DNA of 64,000 nt from Candidatus Binatus sp. (GTDB lineage: Bacteria > Desulfobacterota > Binatia > Binatales > Binataceae), in the NCBI RefSeq assembly GCF_050013435.1, contig NZ_JBEKFG010000003.1:12455-76454 (forward strand), read 5' to 3'. This document shows, in pieces, positions 9,638-17,645 of the stretch. A program made the position numbers and the translations under genes. The notes below the pieces were generated by a model that was not told the origin of the DNA, did not search any database, and saw nothing but the letters and a program-made list of their open reading frames with translations. The stretch's first letter is position 1. Each line of letters starts with the position of its first letter.

Positions 9638-10777
9638 ATGTCTTTGATGCTGGATGAGCATCGCCTGTATCTTTCCGACCTGACCCGAACCTCATTGTTT
9701 CGACGGGCGATCAACGCGGTGGTCAAGCCGGGCGATGTCGTGCTCGACATCGGCTGTGGAACTGGGGTGCTTGGCCTGCTCGCGATGAAGGCCGGAGCCG
9801 CAAGGGTGTACCAGATTGACCAATCGCCCATGATCCAGGTCGCCCGCGACGTGGCATCTGCCAATGGTTACGGGCAAAGCACGATCGGGATTCACGAACG
9901 CTCCGGTCGTGCCAAGCTTCCCGAAAAGGCCGACGTCGTCGTTGCCGATCAGCTGAGCCACTTCGGAATTGGCGCCGGGATGCCCGAGGTATTCAACGAC
10001 GCCCGCCGGCGTCTCCTCAAGCCGGGCGCCCGCGCGATCCCTCGACGCATCGAACTCTTCGTCGTCCCGGTGAATTTCCCCGACATGTGGCGCATCGCCA
10101 GCTTCTGGGACAAACGCCATGCGGGGCTGAAGATGTCGTCGGCACGCAGTATTGCATTCAATACCGTTTACCCCAGCGAGAAGAGCCCGCGCCGGATGCT
10201 GGGCAAACCCGCGCGGATGTTCAGCTTTGACCTTACGGAGCTGACGCCGGAACGTTTCTCTGCCAAGGCCGCGATCGAGGTTTCAGCGGCCGGCGTTATG
10301 CACGGTCTCAGCGGATGGTTCGTTGCCGAACTGGCGCCGGGCGTGATCATGACCAATTCGCCCTTTCGCAAAAGCCGAATCCAACGGTCCGCCGCGTTCT
10401 TTCCGGTCGAGAAGCCTTTAGCGCTGAGCAAGGGGGATCGCCTGGATATCACGATGACTGCTATCAGCACGCAGAACCTCCTTAGCTGGAAGGTGGAGGT
10501 CTTCAATACCAAGGGTAGGGAAAAAGCACGGTATGTTCATTCCACGCTCAAGGGAATGTCACTCATGCCTGAAGAATTGGCGAAGACACGACCAGACTTT
10601 GTGCCACGGCTGTCGGATTGGGGTGCGGCGCGAAGATCAGTGATGAACCTGGCCGATGGAACACGTATACTGGCCGAAATAGAAAGGGAAATGCTCCGAC
10701 TTCACTCGGATCTTTTCCCATCAATAGCCCATGCGTCGGAGTACGTCACCAAGGTTCTCATGACTGACTTGACCTAG
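9638..10777 (+). CDS. Class I SAM methyltransferase, PRMT-like fold, with C-terminal RRE-like helical extension
   Basis: H..YLSD..RT..F..AI, VLDIGCGTGVL, LLKPG..IP, HGLSGWF..EL: PRMT-like architecture. Confidence 0.8.
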   Translation: MSLMLDEHRLYLSDLTRTSLFRRAINAVVKPGDVVLDIGCGTGVLGLLAMKAGAARVYQIDQSPMIQVARDVASANGYGQSTIGIHERSGRAKLPEKADVVVADQLSHFGIGAGMPEVFNDARRRLLKPGARAIPRRIELFVVPVNFPDMWRIASFWDKRHAGLKMSSARSIAFNTVYPSEKSPRRMLGKPARMFSFDLTELTPERFSAKAAIEVSAAGVMHGLSGWFVAELAPGVIMTNSPFRKSRIQRSAAFFPVEKPLALSKGDRLDITMTAISTQNLLSWKVEVFNTKGREKARYVHSTLKGMSLMPEELAKTRPDFVPRLSDWGAARRSVMNLADGTRILAEIEREMLRLHSDLFPSIAHASEYVTKVLMTDLT

Positions 10778-10870
10778 GTCGTCGTCTTGCATACGCTGAG
10801 TGCGCGTTTCGAATTAGGTAGCGCATCCGTATCTTGACCAGCTTCGGCGAATCAGGAAGGGCTACGTCGG

Positions 10871-10899
10871 TTGCAACAAGCGTAAGTATCTTATATAAA
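10871..10899 (+). promoter_or_regulatory. Putative sigma70 promoter for the lasso precursor
   Basis: TTGCAA (10871-76), 17-nt spacer, TATAAA (10894-99), about 55 nt upstream of the precursor ATG in an AT-rich gap. Confidence 0.55.
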
Positions 10900-10953
10900 G
10901 TAACCTGACGTTCTGATGCGAGGCGAGATGCAATTGGAGTTTAGGGGTTGGAG

Positions 10954-11124
10954 ATGACCAAAAAAATTAAGATAGACGGGCAGAAGCCTCGGACGCAGAG
11001 CGTCAAGAAACCTTATGCCCGTCCTCATCTCGTAGAGTACGGCAACGTGGCAAAGCTCACAGCTTCGGGTGGGACTGCTACTCCGGTTGACTCCATGTCA
11101 GGCATGACCGGACCCCCGATGTGA
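10954..11124 (+). CDS. Lasso peptide precursor (A), 56 aa; not in the ORF track
   Basis: Manual translation MTKKIKIDGQKPRTQSVKKPYARPHLVEYGNVAKLTA|SGGTATPVDSMSGMTGPPM*. Leader motif YxxPxLxxxGxxxxxT with Thr at -2; Asp at core position 9. Confidence 0.92.
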   Translation: MTKKIKIDGQKPRTQSVKKPYARPHLVEYGNVAKLTASGGTATPVDSMSGMTGPPM

Positions 11125-11192
11125 CCTCCGAACCTGCGAGCCAGCAGATCGTCTGATTTCCAATCGAGGTTCGTTATCCGGCTGATTGCGCG

Positions 11193-12299
11193 TTGTCAAT
11201 ATCACAGTCGGCTGCGGTGCCTGCGCAAGAGAGCCGGCACAATCGGGCGTTGAGGCAAATCGAACGGTCTCAACCGGAAATTTCCTGGGCGTCGCGAACC
11301 GTCACTGACCCAAGCAAAACACCGATCCCGGTCTTTCGACAGCACGCTTACGGGCTGCGAATCGTTACAGACATCCCGCTTCCGGAGCTTGCCGCAATTC
11401 GGGTGTCGTCGGTCAGGTCGGCGATTCGTGCGACTCTTGGCGGCCGCTTTCAGCGCATCCGCCTCAATCCCCGATGGTACCTGCGTTCGCGGCTTCCAGG
11501 CGGCGGGACTTGGCTGCGCTGCGGCAAGACCGAGGGTGGCTACGTACTCTCCTTTGCTAACATCGCCGACTTTATCATTGACAGCTCCGGAAGCCAGGTA
11601 GTCTGCTGCAACGCGAGCAGCGACGTTAGCCTCGAGACCATTCGTCATCTCCTGATTGACCAGGTGCTTGCGCTGATCGTAAACCTGCGCGGCCGGGAGG
11701 CCCTGCACGCTACTGCGGTCGCGACGCACAGCGGCGTTTGCGCATTCACGGGGCCCGCAGGGTCGGGCAAGTCAACGCTCGCCGCGAGCTTCGTCCTATC
11801 GGGATATCCGCTGGTCTGCGATGATTGCCTGGCGCTTTCCGAAGGTAAAACGATTACGGCGCTCCCCGGTTATCCGGGCCTGCGGCTGTGGGATGATTCG
11901 ATACGCGCGCTCGGCGCAAGTTCACGGAATCTGAAGCCGGTTGCGCACTATACGACGAAATCGCGCTGGCAAGACCACTCGCGACGCGCCGACTTCTGCT
12001 CGACGACACGCCGACTCGCGCGCATCTATCTGCTCGAGCGCGCGCGATCGAGCAAACGCGCAGCCCGCGTCCTGATCGAGGAGCTCGCTCCCGGCGAGGC
12101 GCTGATGGGGCTGGTCAAGGCGGCCTACAGGCTCGACATCACCGACCAAGCGATGCTGACGCGTCAGTTCCAGTTCCTGTCCCGCGTCGCCGAGCGCGTC
12201 CCGGTCAAACGCCTGATCGTGCCCAACGAATTTTCCGCACTCTCCGATGTAAGACAGGCGGTGCTGCGCGACTTGAGCAATCGCCGGCCGCCCCGCTGA
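11193..12299 (+). CDS. HPr kinase-related P-loop kinase (putative lasso peptide kinase)
   Basis: LHATAV, Walker A GPAGSGKST, LVCDD, PGYPGLRLW. Start codon (TTG) uncertain. Confidence 0.8.
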   Translation: MSISQSAAVPAQESRHNRALRQIERSQPEISWASRTVTDPSKTPIPVFRQHAYGLRIVTDIPLPELAAIRVSSVRSAIRATLGGRFQRIRLNPRWYLRSRLPGGGTWLRCGKTEGGYVLSFANIADFIIDSSGSQVVCCNASSDVSLETIRHLLIDQVLALIVNLRGREALHATAVATHSGVCAFTGPAGSGKSTLAASFVLSGYPLVCDDCLALSEGKTITALPGYPGLRLWDDSIRALGASSRNLKPVAHYTTKSRWQDHSRRADFCSTTRRLARIYLLERARSSKRAARVLIEELAPGEALMGLVKAAYRLDITDQAMLTRQFQFLSRVAERVPVKRLIVPNEFSALSDVRQAVLRDLSNRRPPR

Positions 12300-12329
12300 G
12301 CGCTATACCGGGGCGATAGATTTCTCAGC

Positions 12330-12365
12330 AAAAAAAAGCTCCGCGGGTCGCAGGACCCGCGGAGC
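12330..12365 (-). terminator. Rho-independent terminator
   Basis: 12-bp stem GCTCCGCGGGTC-GCAG-GACCCGCGGAGC next to an A8 tract (U tail on the minus strand), between convergent genes. Confidence 0.8.
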
Positions 12366-12408
12366 CATCAAACGATCATGACTCAAGCCTGAAATTTTCC
12401 AGCGCCGA

Positions 12409-13395
12409 TCAGAACGTGACCAGCGGAATGCAGGCGGGACTCGACACGCCGTCGGCGTTGGCCGTGCCCCAGTCATTGCCGACCCACTGATTGTCGCCGC
12501 ACGTGCTGCTCGCGTCGTGGAGATCGTAGCCGCTTGTTACACCATTGCCCGATGCCTTGATGAGGTAGACCACATCATCAGTGGTCTTTTCACTTGCATC
12601 CAGGAAAATTCCGTCACCCTGGTTACCGGTGACCGCGGGTGTAGTAGTCGTCCCTATGGGCGCATCGCCCACCCGAACATCGGAATTGGAGCCGCAACCA
12701 GACGTGCAGCCTACGTGAACACCAGCGCCGCCGTTATCCGTCGCTGTGAATACGTTGATCCTCGCGCCGCTCGAGTGTGTTATAAGCACGCCGTCGGCGC
12801 CATTGCTTGAAGCGTCGAAGTCAGTAGCTATGCACTCATCGGTGCATTGATTGAAGTAAACACCCTGCTTGGTGTTGCTGTCCGCGGCAAAATTGGACCA
12901 CGTCGACGTCGCTCCGCCCGACGTGCCGTTCAGCTCCAGCCCGATTTGGTTGTCCTCCAGGGTGACGTTATCGCCAATGCTATTGTTCGACTGATCCAGG
13001 ATGCCATATTTAAACCCGGAGATTGTGCTATTAAAGCCTTCGATCACGTCATTATCGGCTGCGCTTGTGATATTGATTCCCGCTCCAGTCGAGGTCGCCC
13101 CAGGGCCCGTGATGCTGTAACCGAAGAGATCCAGGGTGCTGTTGCTGCCAGTCATATTGATACAGGTGCCGGTGCCAGACTCCGTGAGGTCGTTCGCCAG
13201 CTGATAGATAGTGTCGCTCCCGCTCAGCGTCCCACACGCGGTGACGGAGGTGGGATCTACAGCGTTCGCAGACGCATGATGCTTCTTCGCCCAAGCGGCC
13301 TGTGGGCCAGTCAGGACCAGCGCTACCGTCAAAGCAAGAAAAGATACGCCAGGAGCGCCTATTCTCCGAAAAAACCCTCTTTTGATCGCCTTCAT
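12409..13395 (-). CDS. Secreted right-handed beta-helix (pectin lyase-like) repeat protein
   Basis: Signal peptide ending AWA; repeats such as SNTKQGV, SNGADGV, DNGGAGV, GNQGDGI; several Cys; AAGGAG RBS before ATG 13395. Confidence 0.7.
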   Translation of the reverse strand: MKAIKRGFFRRIGAPGVSFLALTVALVLTGPQAAWAKKHHASANAVDPTSVTACGTLSGSDTIYQLANDLTESGTGTCINMTGSNSTLDLFGYSITGPGATSTGAGINITSAADNDVIEGFNSTISGFKYGILDQSNNSIGDNVTLEDNQIGLELNGTSGGATSTWSNFAADSNTKQGVYFNQCTDECIATDFDASSNGADGVLITHSSGARINVFTATDNGGAGVHVGCTSGCGSNSDVRVGDAPIGTTTTPAVTGNQGDGIFLDASEKTTDDVVYLIKASGNGVTSGYDLHDASSTCGDNQWVGNDWGTANADGVSSPACIPLVTF

Positions 13396-13757
13396 ATCGT
13401 TTATGCTCCTTCGCTTTTCTTTCGTCTTCCCTAACGACACATCATTCGTAGTGGCGTCTTCGCAACCCTTGCTCTTGGAGGTTTATTCAGAACCTGCCGA
13501 AGTAGACTTGGCAATGGTTTACGACCGACGGCGCATCATTCCATTTCGCCTGTCTTCAGTCAAGTGGTTCTATGACGCCCGTTGACGGCTTTGTTGTTCG
13601 ATTTTAGTCGTTAGATGTCGTAGATTAGGCTCAGCGACGAAAATCTCTACAAGTTGTTATTCTATCGCCCACAAAACGAAAGCGGCTGTCACCGATAGAT
13701 ACACTTGTAAGCCGTACTTGGTTCCAGCTCGCGCCTGGGGCTGTTATTGATAATTCC

Positions 13758-14969
13758 GTGGAATTCGACTCCCTCCTCGACCTTGCCGACTTGCCCATCG
13801 AAGCGGCGCTCGTGCTGTGCTGCGCGACAACCGCGGCCACGCCCGTGCGCACGGAGCTCGCGTCCGACCTTGCGCCGCGCGTACGCAGTTGGGACCGCGT
13901 CGTCGATATCGCCAAACGTCATGCGGTGCTCCCGCTGGTACATCGCTATCTGAAGCTCGAATGTCCGACCGCGGTTCCGGGTGAAGGGCTTGCGAAGCTG
14001 CGGACGCAGTGGCAGATGATCATTCTCTACAACCGTCATCTGACCGCCGAACTTGTGCGCCTGATGGGCCTGCTGAAAGCGGCCGGAGTTCCGGCGGTCA
14101 CCTTCAAGGGCCCGGTGCTTGCCGCGATGGCATACGGATCGATCGAACTTCGCCAGTTCAGCGATCTGGATATTCTCGTGCGTCAGACTGACCTGCCGCG
14201 GGTCGCCGAAATACTCACCGCCGAACGATATTTGTCGCCGCATACCAGGCGCGAAGGCCTCGCCACCGGCTACTTTCAGGAGTACGAGGACGCCTTCGCC
14301 GGACCCGACGGGCTGGGCGCCGTGGACGTTCATTGGGACCTCACGCCGCGCTCGTTCCGTTTCGCCCCCGACGAGGAAGGCCTGTGGCGGCGCGCGCACG
14401 AGGTCGATCTGGAGCTCGGCAAAGTGATGGCGATCGCGCCCGACGACCTGTTGCTGTACATCTGCGTGCACGCCGCGAAGCATGGATGGGTCACGCTCGG
14501 ATCGATCTGCGATGTCGCCGAGACCGTTCGGGCCCGTCCGGAAATCGATCTGATGGGGATACTTGACGAGGCAGCCGCGCTCGGGAGCCGCCGAATGTTC
14601 CTGACCGGCATCTGGCTGGCGCACGAGCTGGCCGGCGCGCCGATTCCCGCCGATCTTGTCCGGCTGGCTCGCGGCGACCGCGCCGCCCGGGCATTGGCAG
14701 GACGCGTCGCGGGGCAACTGTTCAGCGGAGCCACGCAGGGACGGGCAGACTTCGATCCGTGGGCGGTTCCGATCCGCTCGATCGAGGGCGCACGCGCGCG
14801 AATCCGCTACATCGTCCGCCGAATGCTGGCGCCGACGATGGGCGACTACGAACTCATCCCGCTGCCGGCAGCGCTCTTTCCGCTCTACTGGGTGATTCGG
14901 CCGTTTCGGATGGCGGTGCAATACGGGCCGCGGCTGGTCCGCGGCTCTTCGAAGAGCTCGAACACGTGA
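13758..14969 (+). CDS. Nucleotidyltransferase family protein (NTP_transf_5-like, lasso-cluster associated)
   Basis: FKGPVLA..AYG..LRQFSDLDILV, VDVHW, LLYICVHAAKH motifs. Confidence 0.85.
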   Translation: MEFDSLLDLADLPIEAALVLCCATTAATPVRTELASDLAPRVRSWDRVVDIAKRHAVLPLVHRYLKLECPTAVPGEGLAKLRTQWQMIILYNRHLTAELVRLMGLLKAAGVPAVTFKGPVLAAMAYGSIELRQFSDLDILVRQTDLPRVAEILTAERYLSPHTRREGLATGYFQEYEDAFAGPDGLGAVDVHWDLTPRSFRFAPDEEGLWRRAHEVDLELGKVMAIAPDDLLLYICVHAAKHGWVTLGSICDVAETVRARPEIDLMGILDEAAALGSRRMFLTGIWLAHELAGAPIPADLVRLARGDRAARALAGRVAGQLFSGATQGRADFDPWAVPIRSIEGARARIRYIVRRMLAPTMGDYELIPLPAALFPLYWVIRPFRMAVQYGPRLVRGSSKSSNT

Positions 14970-15002
14970 GCAGTCTCAATTTTTGATTTTTCAGTGGATT
15001 TT

Positions 15003-15078
15003 TGGTGAGCCGGCCGGGACTTGAACCCGGGACCCTGTGATTAAAAGTCACATGCTCTACCGCCTGAGCTACCGGCTC
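15003..15078 (-). tRNA. tRNA-Lys(UUU)
   Basis: Reverse complement GAGCCGGTAGCTCAG...GACTTTTAATC...GGTTCAAGTCCCGGCCGGCTCACCA; anticodon TTT; CCA encoded. Confidence 0.97.
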
Positions 15079-15536
15079 GCCCGAGAGCTTTCAATGCTTA
15101 CAGGTAATTCGAAGGATTGGGAATAGTCGCGACTTCCGAAGTCGGTTCCGCAACGCCGCCGCGCTGCGATTTCAACTATGCATGTGCGGCGAAAACTCTA
15201 TCTTTAGACACTCAAATTAGCTCAAAGCGTGGTGCAGGTTACCAGCAGAGCGACCGAAATGAGGGCGCTGCAGGCGCCACGCTATGTCATTTTCTGTCAA
15301 AGTTTCTGTCCAGCGACGTCATAGTTGCACCGCGCGCATCACGGTGAAGAGCGCAATGACAAAACATAAGTTGACTAGCCTTTGCCCAAAATCAGGAGTT
15401 GCTGCGCCGACCTGCTTGACAGGCAACCCACTACTGGAATATATCCAAACCCTACAAATTAGTAGAGCAGGTTTGGGGAATAAGCGGAAGTCAGAAGTTA
15501 GAAGTTAGAAGAGTCAGCGCTCGAGGGGAACTGAAG

Positions 15537-16760
15537 ATGCGCCTACATGAGTACTCGGCGAATGGATCGTCGGTCGCGACTGCGAGGCAGAATCTTGGCG
15601 CCCAGCCGTTGGACGCAACGTCCGAGTGGTTGAGCCTGGCGGAACTTGCGCACGGGTCGGAACGGATCGGCGGGGCGGTGGTGCGGTCGGCGCACGCGCG
15701 CAAAATACTCAAAACCATTTCACGCTTGAGTCCGTACAAGTCGACCGTGCTGATTCACGGCGAATCCGGAACCGGCAAGGAACTGGTCGCGCGCGCGCTG
15801 CATACGATGGGCTCGGCGCCAAACGGCCCGTTCGTGACCTTCAATTGCTCCAACCTGGTCGATTCGCTGGCAGAGTCGCAGCTTTTCGGTCATGTGCGCG
15901 GCGCATTCACCGATGCCCGCGAGGATTCGCTCGGCTATTTCCGCTCCGCCAGTGGCGGAACTCTATTTCTGGACGAAGTCGGCGAGCTTCCGCTGCACCT
16001 GCAGCCCAAGCTGCTGCGCGCGCTCGATACCCACGAGATTCAGCCGGTCGGTTCGTCACGCACCTACTCGGTTGATATCCGGCTGGTCGCGGCAAGCAAT
16101 CGCAACCTGCACGCGATGGTCAAGGCGGGGCAATTCCGCGACGACCTCTACTACCGGCTTAACGCGGCGGCAATCCTGGTTCCGCCGCTTCGCGACCGGC
16201 GCGAGGCAATCCCGGCCTTCATCGCTCATTTTATCGAGCACTTCAACCGCCTGTTCGGCAAAGATATAAAGCTCGTATCGCGGACCGCCGTGGACGCGCT
16301 GTGCGCCAACCAGTGGCCCGGCAACGTCCGCGAGCTTGGCCATGCAATCGAGAGCGCGGTTCTGATGACCGAAACTGATCGTATCGATCTCCACGACCTG
16401 CCTTTGCGCCACGACGATGCGAATCCGCAAGTGCTGGTCGAGCCGGTCGGGAAGGTGCTGCAAAACGGCGGGCTCAATCTCGAAGGCGGGCACAATAGCG
16501 CCGGGATTGACTGCGAGAAGGCGTCGCAGCGGTGCTTCGAAATGGCGACCTGGCCTTACTCGCTCGACGCGGTAATCCGCGAGGCCTCGAAACTCGCGCT
16601 GGTTCGCGCGCTGCAAGCGACCCAGGGCAATTGCCATCGTGCGGCCGAGCTGCTGGGCGTATCGCGCTACACGGTTTACCGAATGCTGAACCGGTTTGGC
16701 CTGGGCGAAGGCCATACCTACCGGACGCTGCGCAAGTCGACGGTACGCCGCGCGTCCTGA
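15537..16760 (+). CDS. Sigma54-dependent transcriptional activator (AAA+ plus Fis HTH), no obvious sensory domain
   Basis: GESGTGKE, ESQLFGHVRGAFTDA, LFLDEVGE, WPGNVREL; C-terminal AAELLGVSRYTVYR. Confidence 0.9.
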   Translation: MRLHEYSANGSSVATARQNLGAQPLDATSEWLSLAELAHGSERIGGAVVRSAHARKILKTISRLSPYKSTVLIHGESGTGKELVARALHTMGSAPNGPFVTFNCSNLVDSLAESQLFGHVRGAFTDAREDSLGYFRSASGGTLFLDEVGELPLHLQPKLLRALDTHEIQPVGSSRTYSVDIRLVAASNRNLHAMVKAGQFRDDLYYRLNAAAILVPPLRDRREAIPAFIAHFIEHFNRLFGKDIKLVSRTAVDALCANQWPGNVRELGHAIESAVLMTETDRIDLHDLPLRHDDANPQVLVEPVGKVLQNGGLNLEGGHNSAGIDCEKASQRCFEMATWPYSLDAVIREASKLALVRALQATQGNCHRAAELLGVSRYTVYRMLNRFGLGEGHTYRTLRKSTVRRAS

Positions 16761-17021
16761 ATCCCCTCTGACGGCCTCTCCCGGTTTGCGACTGGCGACC
16801 TGACTCGCCAGCCGCGGGAGCGGCTATGACCTCAAGCGGAAAGGCCTAAGAAAAAACGACTGGATTTCCCGAAAGATGGACAGTACGCGATCGATCCTGT
16901 ACACCTGACTCGGTTACAGGAGGTCGGGTCCTGGAGCCGCGAACGGGAAGCGACCTGACGGGCTCCGTGGGTTGTTGAGCACGCTGCGCCCGCGGAAGGC
17001 GCAGTAAAGGGCAAGGCGCGC

Positions 17022-17162
17022 ATGCCGATCGAAACATCGCGCGACGAATTCTCCGAAGAAGACCTTCCTCCGCCTACTGGCACGATCTTCATATTAGGAA
17101 CGTACATGCTGGTGCTCGCGGTGGCCTGGGCCGTGATGTTCTGGATGCTGCTGGGCAGATAA
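17022..17162 (+). CDS. cbaD: ba3-type cytochrome c oxidase subunit IIa (small single-TM subunit); not in the ORF track
   Basis: Manual translation MPIETSRDEFSEEDLPPPTGTIFILGTYMLVLAVAWAVMFWMLLGR*; stop abuts the subunit II ATG; PxG..W..F pattern like Thermus subunit IIa. Confidence 0.75.
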   Translation: MPIETSRDEFSEEDLPPPTGTIFILGTYMLVLAVAWAVMFWMLLGR

Positions 17163-17645
17163 ATGGAACGGTACGAGAAGGCCTTCCTCGCGGCGTGCGC
17201 GGTAATACTGGTGATTTTTCTGGGCGCGCTTGCCTACGGCAGCGTCGCGATGGGCGTGCATCTTCCTTCCCGTGGCGGGCTGATCTATTGCGGGGTCGGC
17301 GAGAAGCTTCGCAAGGTGCTGAGCAAAACGCCGCCTTTCGATCACCCCGGAGTGCAGGAAATCGCGCCGGGGAAATACCGGGCGGTGGTGATCGCGAAGA
17401 CTTGGACCTTCGCTCCCAATGAGATCGACCTTCCGGTGGGCGCCGAGGTGAGGTTCGTCGCAACCTCGGTTGACGTAATTCACGGATTTTTCATCGTCGG
17501 CACGCGGGTCAACGTGATGCTGGTTCCCGGGGAGATTTCTCAATTCGACTATCGCTTTACCAAGCCCGGCGAATACCTGCTGATATGCCAGGAATACTGC
17601 GGCGAGCTGCATCAGACGATGGCCGGGAAGGTGGTGGTCAAATGA
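17163..17645 (+). CDS. cbaB: ba3-type cytochrome c oxidase subunit II
   Basis: One TM; CuA motif DVIHGF...CQEYCGELHQTM. Confidence 0.92.
   Translation: MERYEKAFLAACAVILVIFLGALAYGSVAMGVHLPSRGGLIYCGVGEKLRKVLSKTPPFDHPGVQEIAPGKYRAVVIAKTWTFAPNEIDLPVGAEVRFVATSVDVIHGFFIVGTRVNVMLVPGEISQFDYRFTKPGEYLLICQEYCGELHQTMAGKVVVK

Noticed and set aside
17078-17092. TGGCACG sigma54-like motif
   Set aside because: Lies inside the cbaD coding sequence and lacks the -12 GC.
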